From an uncultured Clostridium sp. (GTDB lineage Bacteria; Bacillota; Clostridia; Christensenellales; CAG-138): a stretch of DNA of 64,000 nt. The stretch lies in assembly GCA_900542285.1 (NCBI GenBank), contig UQNF01000005.1, forward strand, positions 1,185 to 65,184. The letters are read 5' to 3'. Positions within the stretch are counted from its first letter, which is position 1; each line of letters opens with the position of its first letter. Positions 1-10,213 of this stretch are shown one piece after another. The position numbers and the translations under genes were made by a program. The notes beneath the pieces were generated by a model that was not told the origin of the DNA, searched no databases, and saw nothing but the letters and a program-made list of their open reading frames with translations.

Positions 1-13
1 CGGTTATTAATGA

Positions 14-748
14 TTACTTAACGGGAGTGACGGAGGTAATGTGGGGATTCACGCCCTCATACCAATACAGGAATCCCTCCATGTCGATAACATCGCCGAT
101 CTTGAGGGCTTCAACGGCCTTATAGACATCGGTGGTGTTGCCGCAGAGGTAGGACTCAACGGTGAAGGTATAAACCTTATCATTGATGGATGCCTTGAAG
201 TAGAGGTCGCTGTTAGCTTCCTGAGAACCGGAACCATCATAGTTGTAAAGGAATGCTACTTCTTCGCCGTCAAGCTCGGAAGCAACGATGGTCATACCCT
301 TGAAGCATACGAACTCATTCTGATGCTTTTCAAGCTCATCGGTACCGAGCAGAGCGGTTACGTCAAGAGCCTTAGCAATATAGCTACCCTCTTCAATTTC
401 AAAGGTTGCGTCTACGATCTCGATCTCGCCGGACCATTCGGACTTAGTTCCGGTAACCTTGATCTTGGTGCCGACGTTAAGCTTTGCATAATCCGCTTCG
501 GAGCATGCCATGTTGTAGATGAAGTAAGCGCCGTCCTTATCCTGGGTGTAAACGGTTGCCTTATCCTCCCACCATGACTGCTTAGCCTGAACATAGGTTT
601 CAACAACAACCTTGCTGTCAAGCTCAGCTGCAACATACTCTGCATAGGTCATAACGCCTTCGGACTTAACGTCCTCTTTCTCATTGCTGCATCCGACAAA
701 CGCAAATACCATCACGAGAGCGAGAAGCAGTGCCATAGTCTTTTTCAT
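14..748 (-). CDS. Putative lipoprotein of unknown function
   Basis: 244-aa ORF. The N-terminal signal peptide ends in a lipobox-like FVGC. The rest is a beta-rich, two-lobed sequence with no catalytic motif recognised. Confidence 0.55.
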   Translation of the reverse strand: MKKTMALLLALVMVFAFVGCSNEKEDVKSEGVMTYAEYVAAELDSKVVVETYVQAKQSWWEDKATVYTQDKDGAYFIYNMACSEADYAKLNVGTKIKVTGTKSEWSGEIEIVDATFEIEEGSYIAKALDVTALLGTDELEKHQNEFVCFKGMTIVASELDGEEVAFLYNYDGSGSQEANSDLYFKASINDKVYTFTVESYLCGNTTDVYKAVEALKIGDVIDMEGFLYWYEGVNPHITSVTPVK

Positions 749-876
749 AGTTCAATCTCCTTAGTTTATTGCCAATGATTGGCTTACCGCATAATTTTAG
801 CACATTCTATCAAAAAATCAATCCTTGTTTCTATATATTAAATTTCGTTTGCGGCATTAACGTTTGGTTCAAAATC

Positions 877-2487
877 TCAATGCTTAGGGCGTTTTTTCAA
901 CCATTGTGAAAGGTAATAAGCACCGATAAGCACCCATGCTGCGGCTAATATAGAAAGGAACCCGATTGATATATCGGGAAGTCTTCCGAGTTCAGCCTTC
1001 CCCGAAGTGCCGCTTCCGCCGCTTGCCATGCTCTGATCCAGCCGATACAGCGAGGTCACATCGTCGAACAGAGTGTCCATATACGCATCATCAACGGTTT
1101 CATGCCTGCGCACGGATTTGGTTACATTCTCAATTAGCTGACCTGCGGCATTTCTTAATGAAGCCGAGCCGTTGTACACCGGAGTAACAAAGGTATCGTC
1201 TATATGCTCAAGCATCATCTCCGTTGCCTTCAGCTTAACCTCGTAGTGTTCGTTTGTATCCTCACCGCTGCGTGAAAGATAATCGATGTACTTTTCTGAC
1301 TGCTGCGCCTTACTCGTTACCGGGACATACCCCTCCGTCTTTGAATAGGCAATCTGGACATCATTTGTCAGAAGATATTCCGTAAACAGCCAGGAAGCCA
1401 AAACCTCCTGCGAGTCGCTCTTGTTAAAGATGCACACCGAAGGGCCTTGAGATATCATTGATGGATTCTCCGTATCGAACTGCGGTATCATCATGACCTC
1501 TGTCTCGAATTCCACAATCTTATCCTCGCTTATATCGCAAAGCGGAGCATCGCTTCCCATCCAGGTTGAACCCGCCGTGGAGTCAACAGCGAATATACAC
1601 TGTCCGGCATTCAGAAAGTTCGCAGGATAGCTTGATATTTTGAAGGTTGAGAATGCACCGGTACCCGCATGCTCGGCAATGGTATAGAGCAGTTCCCTGG
1701 TGGTTTCATTGAATATCAGCACTTCGCCTTCCGAGTTCGAATAGCCTGCGCCCTTCTGCTTAAGCATTTGGATCATCATATTGTCTGTCGACTTATAGAT
1801 GAAGGGTATCATTACGTTCTGAGAGTTAACAGAATAGGTTCCGTCCTCGTTCTTTGCGGTTGCGGCCTCTGCAACTTCCCATACGAAATCCCAAGTCAAC
1901 CTCTCTGGCAGGGTATAGCCAAGCTTTTCTACATATGTCTTATTCACATAGCAGACTTCGGTCGAGCGCATAAACGGGAGCGCATAGAGTTCGCCGTTCA
2001 AACGGCATTCGCCAAGAAATTTTGGAATGATTTCATCCTGCTTTGGAGAATCGAACCGAAGCTCGCTTCCTCCAAAGCCAAAGCGTTCATTTGAATACAG
2101 CTCATCCAGCGGCACAACGATATTAGTGCCTGTCAGATATGTTGCAATATGATCCGGATAGGTTATGCAAACATTCGGTGTTGTGTTTGTCGAGATGTTG
2201 GTTATTACATCGTTATAAATCTTTCCGTAATCAGTGTACAGCCGCAGGGTGACATGAATATTCGGATACAGCTGCTGAAAATCCGCTATAGCCTTTTCAT
2301 AAATTTTGACCTGCGTCCTATTGGTGTCGTTCTTCGCCCAAAAGGTGATATCGTAATCCCTCGTTGTATCGAACTCCTCCGGCATGACAAACTCATCAAG
2401 GCTTCTCGAGCCATGGCAGGCGGACAGTACCGGAAGTACTGCCATCAAAAAAGCTATCGAAAGCAATACGGATATAAGCTTTTTCAT
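877..2487 (-). CDS. Sugar ABC transporter substrate-binding lipoprotein (family 1 SBP) with extra C-terminal TM segment
   Basis: 536 aa. The signal peptide has the lipobox LSAC. Length and composition are typical of large Clostridial sugar SBPs. It is last in an operon with two permeases and an ATPase. The C-terminus has a hydrophobic helix plus a KKRPKH tail. Confidence 0.75.
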   Translation of the reverse strand: MKKLISVLLSIAFLMAVLPVLSACHGSRSLDEFVMPEEFDTTRDYDITFWAKNDTNRTQVKIYEKAIADFQQLYPNIHVTLRLYTDYGKIYNDVITNISTNTTPNVCITYPDHIATYLTGTNIVVPLDELYSNERFGFGGSELRFDSPKQDEIIPKFLGECRLNGELYALPFMRSTEVCYVNKTYVEKLGYTLPERLTWDFVWEVAEAATAKNEDGTYSVNSQNVMIPFIYKSTDNMMIQMLKQKGAGYSNSEGEVLIFNETTRELLYTIAEHAGTGAFSTFKISSYPANFLNAGQCIFAVDSTAGSTWMGSDAPLCDISEDKIVEFETEVMMIPQFDTENPSMISQGPSVCIFNKSDSQEVLASWLFTEYLLTNDVQIAYSKTEGYVPVTSKAQQSEKYIDYLSRSGEDTNEHYEVKLKATEMMLEHIDDTFVTPVYNGSASLRNAAGQLIENVTKSVRRHETVDDAYMDTLFDDVTSLYRLDQSMASGGSGTSGKAELGRLPDISIGFLSILAAAWVLIGAYYLSQWLKKRPKH

Positions 2488-3371
2488 CCCTTGGTACCTC
2501 CCCTTGAGACGCCCTCCATTATCTTTTTCCTAAACACCAGGAACAGAACTATCAGCGGAACCGAAATGACCACGACCGCGGCCATCATAGCAGGGATGTT
2601 CTCCCTGCCGAAGCCGTTTTCACGAATGGCCTGTATTCCGTTGGAAACGAGATAATAAGCCTCATCGTCGGTTATCAGCCTCGGCCATACATATGAATTC
2701 CAGCACTCAATAACCTTTAGTATCACTATCGTGATAATGGTCGGACGGCATACGGGAACCATAACCTTCATAAGGTACTTGAAGTCGGATGTGCCGTCCA
2801 CTTTGGCGGCATAATAAAGTTCGTCCGGGATCTGCGAAAAATTCTCCGTAAGAAGATAGATATAGAACACCGATGTTGCCGACGGCAATATGAGGCCTGT
2901 AAAGGTGTTTCGAAGATCGAGGTCGGTTATCGTTACAAAATTCGTGATGATGACAAGCTCGGTGGGGATCATCATCAGCGAGAGCATGATTGCGAACGCA
3001 ATATTCTTGCCCTTGAAATTAAGCCTCGAAAAGGCAAACGCAGCGAGAGTTATGACTATCATCATTATCGCCGTCGTTGCCACGGTGAATATGGCGGTGT
3101 TAACGAGATACTTTCCAAGCGGTACGGCAGTGAACGCCTCTGCGTAGTTTTCAAGCGTCGGAGAGAGCGTAAAGAACTTGGGTATGTATTCTGAATTATA
3201 TGCGCCATAACTTTTGAGCGAAGTCAGTATCATCCAATAGAACGGAAACAGCACTATCAGCGCCCAAATGGTCAGGAAAGTATAAACCACGGTATTATAG
3301 ATGCGTTTTCTGGCCTTGGATGACCGCTTTATTGTGATATAATCCATCTGCTTATCCATAGTACACCTCAT
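2484..3371 (-). CDS. Carbohydrate ABC transporter permease (MalG-type)
   Basis: 295 aa with six hydrophobic segments and an EAA-like loop (AAKVDGTSDFKYLMKVMVP). It overlaps its neighbours by 4 nt. Confidence 0.85.
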   Translation of the reverse strand: MRCTMDKQMDYITIKRSSKARKRIYNTVVYTFLTIWALIVLFPFYWMILTSLKSYGAYNSEYIPKFFTLSPTLENYAEAFTAVPLGKYLVNTAIFTVATTAIMMIVITLAAFAFSRLNFKGKNIAFAIMLSLMMIPTELVIITNFVTITDLDLRNTFTGLILPSATSVFYIYLLTENFSQIPDELYYAAKVDGTSDFKYLMKVMVPVCRPTIITIVILKVIECWNSYVWPRLITDDEAYYLVSNGIQAIRENGFGRENIPAMMAAVVVISVPLIVLFLVFRKKIMEGVSRGGTKG

Positions 3372-4261
3372 CTATAATAGACATGCTTCCTGCTGATCAT
3401 CAGATTGATGCATGTGATGGTCAGCACGATCAAGAACAGGAGTATCGCCGCCGCAGAAGCGAAAGACGGATAGCCCCCGCTGTTGCCATACAGCATATCG
3501 TAGACATAGCCGACGATTGTATTCATTCCTGCTGCATTAAGATCGGTTCCAAAGAGCGCAACAGCATCGCTGTAAGCCTTAAACGCACCGATAAAGCCCG
3601 TTATGACCAGATAAAACAGCATCGGTGAGATCATCGGAAGCGTGATCCTAAAGAATATTCTGGGTTTCGAAGCGCCATCAACCCTTGCAGCATTATAATA
3701 GTTCTGATTAACGGACGCCAATGCGCTTGTCAGGATAAGCACCTTAAACGGCATGACCACCCAAATGGTGTAGAAGCATAGAACGAACATCTTAGCCCAA
3801 TGCGGACCGTCAATAAAGTCTATCGGCCCGGCTTTGAAAATGCTGAGCATTAGATTAATGAGACCGTCTGTGTATGCGCTCTTTTTGAACAGTATCATGA
3901 ACACAAGACCGACTGCCAGGGTATTTGTGACATATGGGAGAAAGTAGATGGTCTGATACAGGCTCTTCAGCTTGGGGATTGAGCTCAAAGCAACGGAAAT
4001 TAAAAGAGCAATGCCTGTTGAAAGCGGTACCGTGATTGCGACCAGTACCAATGTGTTTTCAAGAGCCTGCAGGAAATACGGATCGTGCAGGACATAGGAA
4101 TAGTTGTAAAGCCCTACTCCCGAAAAGGTCTGCGAGGCTGAATTATATCCCTCCTCGAACGAATAGACAAAAACATCTATTAGCGGATAGATCATGAACA
4201 CGCCGAGGAACAGCAGGGCAGGCAGCAGGTACAGCCACCCTTTGAAGCTTTTTTTCTCCAT
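3368..4261 (-). CDS. Carbohydrate ABC transporter permease (MalF-type)
   Basis: 297 aa, polytopic, with an EAA loop (AARVDGASKPRIFFRITLP). Confidence 0.85.
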   Translation of the reverse strand: MEKKSFKGWLYLLPALLFLGVFMIYPLIDVFVYSFEEGYNSASQTFSGVGLYNYSYVLHDPYFLQALENTLVLVAITVPLSTGIALLISVALSSIPKLKSLYQTIYFLPYVTNTLAVGLVFMILFKKSAYTDGLINLMLSIFKAGPIDFIDGPHWAKMFVLCFYTIWVVMPFKVLILTSALASVNQNYYNAARVDGASKPRIFFRITLPMISPMLFYLVITGFIGAFKAYSDAVALFGTDLNAAGMNTIVGYVYDMLYGNSGGYPSFASAAAILLFLIVLTITCINLMISRKHVYYR

Positions 4262-4266
4262 AAGCC

Positions 4267-5370
4267 TTATTCTGCCACAAAGGGTATCCTTTCTTCATTT
4301 TGCTTATCGAAGACAAACACCTTATGCGGCTTGACATCGAAGCGGATGTGCTTATCACCGGTATTGACTTTGTTATCGGAATTGATAATACTCCTTATGC
4401 ACTCGCCGATAAACGCAGGATGCCTCGAGATAATGCTGATATCTCGCCCCATGACCTCAACACGGTCGAGCGTGCAGGACAGCCTGCCGTTTTCCAAGAG
4501 CACGAAGCCTTCCGGACGGATGCCAACATATACTTCCCTATCGGCAATTCCGGCGACATCAAGTATGGCATCATCACCGATGAAGAGCTTCCCTCCGCTC
4601 ACCCTGCTTGAAAAGACGTTTATCGGAGGGGTTCCCAGGAATTTGGCTACAAAAAGATTGGCGGGCTCGTCATATACATCCTGCGGCTTTCCTATCTGCT
4701 GTATCACCCCTGCCTTCATTACCACTATCATGTCGGATATGCTCATGGCCTCCTCCTGATCATGGGTAACGAATACCGTAGTAATCTTTGTTTCGCTCTG
4801 GATACGGCGCAGTTCTTCACGGGTTTGAAGTCTTAACCTTGCGTCAAGGTTGGAAAGCGGTTCATCCAATAGCAGCACCTTCGGAAGCTTCACAAGCGCA
4901 CGGGCAATCGCTACACGCTGCTGCTGGCCTCCGGATAGCTCGCTTGGCTTGCGCTCCAGCAACTCCTCTATCTGAACCAGTTTTGCCGCATTCATGACCC
5001 TCTCCTGCATCTCAGGCTTGTTCAGTTTGGCTTCGCCCTTTAGGTTTTCAAGAGGGAACATAATGTTCTTTCGAACGGTAAGATGCGGATAAAGAGCATA
5101 GTTTTGGAAAACAAGACCCACTCCCCTCTTTTCCGGAGGTATGTCGGTGACATCATCATCCTCAAAGAATATCCTTCCGCTTGTCGGAGCCAAAAGTCCG
5201 CTTATCAGATTCAGCGCAGTGCTTTTTCCGCAGCCCGATGGACCGAGAAGACCTATAAGCTTGCCGTCTGGAATCTCAAAGTTGAAATCGTTAACGGCAA
5301 TTACATCACCGCTTGCATTTTTTCCTCTTGCCGGGAATCGCTTGGTAAGGTTCTTAAGTACAATTTTCAT
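4267..5370 (-). CDS. Sugar ABC transporter ATP-binding protein (MalK/UgpC/MsmX family)
   Basis: Walker [10 protein letters not shown], signature LSGGQQQR, Walker B LLLDEPLS, and a C-terminal regulatory/TOBE-like domain. Confidence 0.9.
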   Translation of the reverse strand: MKIVLKNLTKRFPARGKNASGDVIAVNDFNFEIPDGKLIGLLGPSGCGKSTALNLISGLLAPTSGRIFFEDDDVTDIPPEKRGVGLVFQNYALYPHLTVRKNIMFPLENLKGEAKLNKPEMQERVMNAAKLVQIEELLERKPSELSGGQQQRVAIARALVKLPKVLLLDEPLSNLDARLRLQTREELRRIQSETKITTVFVTHDQEEAMSISDMIVVMKAGVIQQIGKPQDVYDEPANLFVAKFLGTPPINVFSSRVSGGKLFIGDDAILDVAGIADREVYVGIRPEGFVLLENGRLSCTLDRVEVMGRDISIISRHPAFIGECIRSIINSDNKVNTGDKHIRFDVKPHKVFVFDKQNEERIPFVAE

Positions 5371-5504
5371 ACATGCTTCCTCTCACCGTTATTTCGTATA
5401 TATCGGCCGGACGAACAGCCGCAGAGTACTATATTATTTTAGCATGTTGGCGATAATTTTTCCACCATTATCACACAATATACGCTTAGCTTCGCGTATT
5501 AGGA

Positions 5505-5542
5505 CAAAAAAGGATTCCACCGCCCATCGGGCAATGGAATCC
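5505..5542 (-). terminator. Intrinsic terminator after the MsmX-like ATPase gene
   Basis: On the minus strand: GGATTCCATTGCCC-GAT-GGGCGGTGGAATCC followed by TTTTTT. Confidence 0.75.
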
Positions 5543-5560
5543 CAACATCAATTCATACAG

Positions 5561-6751
5561 TTAGATAAGGTTGCGCTCCGTCTCGGGGTCAAAGATATGA
5601 ATGAGCCTTGCGTCGAACATGAGCTTGACCCTTGCATGTCTTGCAAATGCATCGAAGCTTAGGTTTGCGGTAGGCACAACGGCAACTATATCCTTGCCGC
5701 CTGCGTTCAGATGCAGGTGCATCTCGCTGCCCATGAGCTCGGAAACATCAACCTCGGCGGCGATACCGTCAGAACCGATGTTCATATGAACAGGACGAAC
5801 GCCGACGGTCACGAACCTATCACCAACACCGGTTTTCTTGAGCTCTGCGTTTTGCTCATCGGAAAGCTCGACGATATAGCCAAGAACATTAACGATGTAT
5901 CTGCCCTGTGCGAAGCTTAGGCGGCAGTTCTCGAAGAAATTCATCTGCGGTGTGCCGATAAAGCTTGCTACGAACAGGTTGGCAGGATGATTGAAAACCT
6001 CCTGCGGCGTGCCGATCTGCTGAATGAAACCATCACGCATTATGACAATCCTGTCGCCAAGCGTCATCGCCTCAACCTGGTCGTGGGTGACATAGATGAA
6101 TGTCGTATCAATTTTCTCACGGAGCTTGATAAGCTCGGCGCGCATCTGATTGCGAAGCTTAGCGTCAAGGTTGGAAAGTGGTTCGTCCATCAGGAAAACC
6201 TTGGGGTGACGCACGATTGCTCTGCCGATGGCTACGCGCTGGCGCTGTCCGCCCGAAAGAGCCTTCGGTTTTCTGTCAAGATACTCGGTAATGTCAAGTA
6301 TCTCGGCGGATTCGCGTACGATGCGATCTATCTCTGCCTTCGGATACTTCTTGAGCTTCAATGAGAATGCCATATTCTCGTACACGGTCATATGGGGATA
6401 GAGCGCATAGTTCTGGAATACCATGGCGATATCCCTATCCTTGGGAGCTACATCGTTCATCAGTTTGCCATCGATATAGAGTTCACCTTCGGAGATCTCC
6501 TCGAGCCCCGCAATCATTCTCAGGGTCGTGGATTTTCCGCAGCCGGACGGGCCAACGAGCACGATGAACTCCTTGTCTTTGATGTCAAGGTTGAATTCCT
6601 GAACAGCAACAACACCCTTATCGGTTATCTGAAGATTTGATTTCTTCTCGGGTTCGGCATCTTCACCCTTTTTCTTCTTCTTTTTCTTCTTGCCCTCTCC
6701 GGAGATGAAGGGATAGATCTTCTTTACATTTTTAAGGGTTACTTCTGACAT
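5561..6751 (-). CDS. Sugar ABC transporter ATP-binding protein (MsmX/MalK-like) with lysine-rich N-terminal insert
   Basis: Walker [26 protein letters not shown]. An insert [24 protein letters not shown] lies ahead of the Walker A region. Confidence 0.9.
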   Translation of the reverse strand: MSEVTLKNVKKIYPFISGEGKKKKKKKKGEDAEPEKKSNLQITDKGVVAVQEFNLDIKDKEFIVLVGPSGCGKSTTLRMIAGLEEISEGELYIDGKLMNDVAPKDRDIAMVFQNYALYPHMTVYENMAFSLKLKKYPKAEIDRIVRESAEILDITEYLDRKPKALSGGQRQRVAIGRAIVRHPKVFLMDEPLSNLDAKLRNQMRAELIKLREKIDTTFIYVTHDQVEAMTLGDRIVIMRDGFIQQIGTPQEVFNHPANLFVASFIGTPQMNFFENCRLSFAQGRYIVNVLGYIVELSDEQNAELKKTGVGDRFVTVGVRPVHMNIGSDGIAAEVDVSELMGSEMHLHLNAGGKDIVAVVPTANLSFDAFARHARVKLMFDARLIHIFDPETERNLI

Positions 6752-6766
6752 AATGTTACCTCCCAG

Positions 6767-8251
6767 TTATTTTATGCGACCGTAAATACGGGCCATCTCA
6801 TGTATTTTTTCTGCCAACTCATTGCAAAGCTCACCATTTAGCATACGCCAAGTCCAATTTCCGCTCTGCGTGCCGGGAGTATTCATTCGGTTTCCGCTCC
6901 CGAGTCCAAGATAGTCCTGCATCTGAGCAACAAAGAGCTTGGCTACCGAGCTCATGCCTCCGCGGATAATACCGAAATCAAAGCCTTCCTCTTCGTTAAG
7001 CCCGAGGTACTTTTTCGCAAATTCGATATCCGCATCGGACGCTTTCTCACGCCAAAGCGCAAGCGGCGGATTATCATGCGTTCCGGTATAGCAAATACAG
7101 TTTTCACAATAATTATGCGGCAGATAATCGCTGGGTTCATGGGCATCAAACGCAAACTCAAGCACCTTCATTCCGGGCATTCCGGAATCATGGAGAAGCT
7201 TGCTGACCTCCGGAGTGGGATAACCAAGGTCCTCTGCGATAAACTCTATACCGCTGAAGGTCTCTGTAAGCCTGCCAACCAGATCCATGCCGGGGCCTTT
7301 GACCCAGCGTCCGTTTCTTGCGGTGTTCTCTCCGTTGGGAACTGCCCAATAGCTTTCAAAGCCACGGAAATGGTCTATCCTGATCACATCATAGAGCTTG
7401 GTATAGCCATTTATCCTGTTTATCCACCAGCTGAAGCCATCCTTCCGCATTCCTTCATAATCGTACAGCGGATTTCCCCAAAGCTGTCCGTCAGCGCTGA
7501 AATAATCCGGCGGAACGCCTGCAACTTCAACCGGAACGTTCCGCTCGTCCAGCTGAAAGTTCTGTGGGCCTGCCCAAACATCAGCGGAATCAAGCGCTAC
7601 ATATATGGGAACGTCTCCGATAAACTGAATACCGTTTTTATGCGCATATTCTTTAAGCTCGTTCCACTGCTTAAAGAATAGATACTGAATATAGACGAAC
7701 AGCGTAACGTCTTCATTCAAAAGCTGCGAATACTTATCAACCGCCTCGCTCTTGTGAAGTCTTATCTCTTCATCATTCCATTCAGTCCAAGACTTCATTC
7801 CGAAATACCGCTTGACGGCCATGAACAGCGCATAGTCCATGAGCCAATGGCTGTTCTCATCAGCAAACGCTTTGATTTTTGCTTCATCACGCTCCCAGCC
7901 GCGCTGTTTGGCAAGCTTGAGCACATTATAGCGGTTTGAATATATCTTTCCGTAATCAACGCATCTCGGATCACTGCCCCAATCGATGGACTTTACCTCA
8001 TCCTCGGTGAGCAGACCTTCCTCGATCAGCATGTCAAGGTCTATCAGATATGGGTTCCCGGCAAACGTTGAAAAGCTTTGGTACGGTGAATCTCCATAGC
8101 TGGTCGGCCCAAGCGGCAATAGCTGCCAGTAGCTCTGCCCTGCCGCTCTCAAAAAGTACACAAATTCATACGCAGACTTGCCGAGAGTTCCGATGCCATA
8201 CGGAGAAGGCAGGGAAGAAATTGCCATTAATATCGCAGATGAGCGTTTCAT
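6767..8251 (-). CDS. malQ: 4-alpha-glucanotransferase (amylomaltase, GH77)
   Basis: 494 aa. GH77 hallmarks are GIGTLG, SPYQSFS, IRIDHFRGF, IAEDLG and YTGTHDN. Confidence 0.92.
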   Translation of the reverse strand: MKRSSAILMAISSLPSPYGIGTLGKSAYEFVYFLRAAGQSYWQLLPLGPTSYGDSPYQSFSTFAGNPYLIDLDMLIEEGLLTEDEVKSIDWGSDPRCVDYGKIYSNRYNVLKLAKQRGWERDEAKIKAFADENSHWLMDYALFMAVKRYFGMKSWTEWNDEEIRLHKSEAVDKYSQLLNEDVTLFVYIQYLFFKQWNELKEYAHKNGIQFIGDVPIYVALDSADVWAGPQNFQLDERNVPVEVAGVPPDYFSADGQLWGNPLYDYEGMRKDGFSWWINRINGYTKLYDVIRIDHFRGFESYWAVPNGENTARNGRWVKGPGMDLVGRLTETFSGIEFIAEDLGYPTPEVSKLLHDSGMPGMKVLEFAFDAHEPSDYLPHNYCENCICYTGTHDNPPLALWREKASDADIEFAKKYLGLNEEEGFDFGIIRGGMSSVAKLFVAQMQDYLGLGSGNRMNTPGTQSGNWTWRMLNGELCNELAEKIHEMARIYGRIK

Positions 8252-8253
8252 AT

Positions 8254-9117
8254 TTATCCTTTCACTGCGCCGGCTGCAACGCCCTTGATGATGTACTTCT
8301 GACAGAGCAGATAGAAGATAATGACGGGGAGTATGCCGAGCACAATAAGCGCCATCGTAGCTCCGAGGTCAACGGTACCATAACTGCCCTTGAGGTATTG
8401 AATATGAATCGGTATCGTCATATAGAGGTTGCGGTCGAGTACAAGATACGGGAGCAGGAAGTCGTTCCATATCCACATTATCTCCAGAATGCCGACGGAA
8501 ATCATCGTAGGCTTCATCATAGGAAGCACAACGCTGAAGAAGGTGCGTACAGGGCTGCAGCCGTCGATTGCTGCCGCCTCTTCAATCTCGATGGGTATGG
8601 ACTTAACAAAGCCGACAAACATGAATACGGCAAGGCCTGCGCCAAAGCCCAAATAGATTATCGGTATTGTCCAAGGAGTATTGAGGTGCAGGGCGTCCGC
8701 AGTCCTCGACAGTGTAAACATTACCATCTGGAACGGGACGACCATGGAGAATATGCAGAGATAGTAGACTATTTTGCAGATAGGACTTCCTACACGAGCG
8801 ATGTACCACGCTGCCATAGATGTGCAGAGTAGAATGAGCGCGGTTGAAACGATCGTGATGAAAAAGCTGAAGAATACGGATTTATAGAAGGGATAATTTC
8901 CGAAGGTCATTCCCTTGATATAATTCTTGAACCCGACAAATGTATCGCTGTTGGGGAAGGCAAATGTATCGGTATTGACCGAAGCATTCGTCTTAAACGA
9001 GTTCATCAGCACGACGAGTATCGGCATGATATAGATGATACATATTATTGCCAGGACGATGGATAGGACGGTTTTATTGCGTTTTTCACGCTTGATGGTC
9101 ATTTCTCGATGCTGCAT
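8254..9117 (-). CDS. Maltodextrin-type sugar ABC permease (MalG-like)
   Basis: 287 aa, polytopic, EAA loop EAAAIDGCSPVRTFFSVVLP. Confidence 0.85.
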   Translation of the reverse strand: MQHREMTIKREKRNKTVLSIVLAIICIIYIMPILVVLMNSFKTNASVNTDTFAFPNSDTFVGFKNYIKGMTFGNYPFYKSVFFSFFITIVSTALILLCTSMAAWYIARVGSPICKIVYYLCIFSMVVPFQMVMFTLSRTADALHLNTPWTIPIIYLGFGAGLAVFMFVGFVKSIPIEIEEAAAIDGCSPVRTFFSVVLPMMKPTMISVGILEIMWIWNDFLLPYLVLDRNLYMTIPIHIQYLKGSYGTVDLGATMALIVLGILPVIIFYLLCQKYIIKGVAAGAVKG

Positions 9118-10043
9118 TATTGCTGTACCTCCTTTGAACGGGTAGCGCGGAGCTGGAACAGGCCTATTGCTACGACAAGAATAAAGAACAGAACCGCCTT
9201 GGCCTGACCAATACCGCGGTTGGTAAGGTTGGTGTAGAAGGAGTTGTAAATATTCAGCGCAAGCATTTCGGTCGTCTTTATGACCGTACCGTCTGCAAGC
9301 ATTTCAAAAGGCCTTCCGCCGGTAAGCGCAAAGTTCTGATCGAAAAGCTTAAATGAATTGGTGAGCGTAAGGAATGTACAGATGGTGATGGATGGCATGA
9401 TGTTTGGAATGGTGACGCGGGTGAGCGTCTGCCATTTTGTTGCGCCGTCGATCTTGGCGGCCTCGATCATGTCCTCGGGCACTGCCTGCAAACCGGCGAT
9501 ATAGATTATCATCATATAGCCTATCTGCTGCCAGCACATGAGAATGATCAATCCCCAGAATCCGAACGAAGTCTTCAGCAATATGCTTGTTCCGTAAGCG
9601 ACCAGAATACCGTCAAAGATCATTGACCAGATAAAGGCAAGCACGATGCCTCCGATAAGGTTCGGCATGAAGAAAACGGTACGGAATATGTTCGTACCCT
9701 TAATACTCTGTGTGAGCGCGTATGCCGCTGCAAACGCAAGCACGTTTATTGCAATCAGCGATACAACAGCAAACAGAGCGGTGTACCAGAAAGCGTGCAT
9801 AAACGACGGATCCGAAAAGGCTTTAGCATAGTTGTCAAAGCCGACCCATTCCCACTGGCTCGTTATCTTGAACTTACAGAAGGACAAGAACAAGCCCTGA
9901 GCAAAGGGCCACAGGAATCCGATGCAGAATGCAGCAAAGGTTGGCAGCAGGAACAGCCAACCCCAATGCTGAATGGGTCGCCTGATAAGCTTTGAATTCA
10001 GCGAACCGTCAGATGGTTTTCGGGTAAACACACTCATTTTCAA
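9117..10043 (-). CDS. Maltodextrin-type sugar ABC permease (MalF-like)
   Basis: 308 aa, polytopic, EAA loop EAAKIDGATKWQTLTRVTIP. Confidence 0.85.
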   Translation of the reverse strand: MKMSVFTRKPSDGSLNSKLIRRPIQHWGWLFLLPTFAAFCIGFLWPFAQGLFLSFCKFKITSQWEWVGFDNYAKAFSDPSFMHAFWYTALFAVVSLIAINVLAFAAAYALTQSIKGTNIFRTVFFMPNLIGGIVLAFIWSMIFDGILVAYGTSILLKTSFGFWGLIILMCWQQIGYMMIIYIAGLQAVPEDMIEAAKIDGATKWQTLTRVTIPNIMPSITICTFLTLTNSFKLFDQNFALTGGRPFEMLADGTVIKTTEMLALNIYNSFYTNLTNRGIGQAKAVLFFILVVAIGLFQLRATRSKEVQQ

Positions 10044-10118
10044 AACACCTCATGGTATATTTTGCTCTGAGGGCTACGCTATCCGCCATTGAACATAGCA
10101 TATCCCTCAAAGCAAATG

Positions 10119-10146
10119 AGGGCCGGGCGATAATGCCCGCCCCTCG
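10119..10146 (-). promoter_or_regulatory. GC-rich hairpin after the SBP gene (partial terminator or mRNA stabiliser)
   Basis: The minus strand reads GAGGGGCGGGC-ATTATC-GCCCGGCCCTC, then ATTTGCTTTG. It sits in the 170-nt gap between the SBP and permease genes. Confidence 0.5.
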
Positions 10147-10213
10147 AATGATCTTCTGCACAAACCATAGCTCATATGCTATGGATATGTTTCAGTTTTG
10201 CTTCTTGAGCTTA

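Noticed and set aside
6668-6691. The lysine-codon run is a possible slipped-strand phase-variation tract
   Set aside because: The tract is an irregular AAG/AAA mixture (CTTTTTCTTCTTCTTTTTCTTCTT on the plus strand), not a homopolymer or a perfect short repeat. The longest homopolymer is 5 nt.
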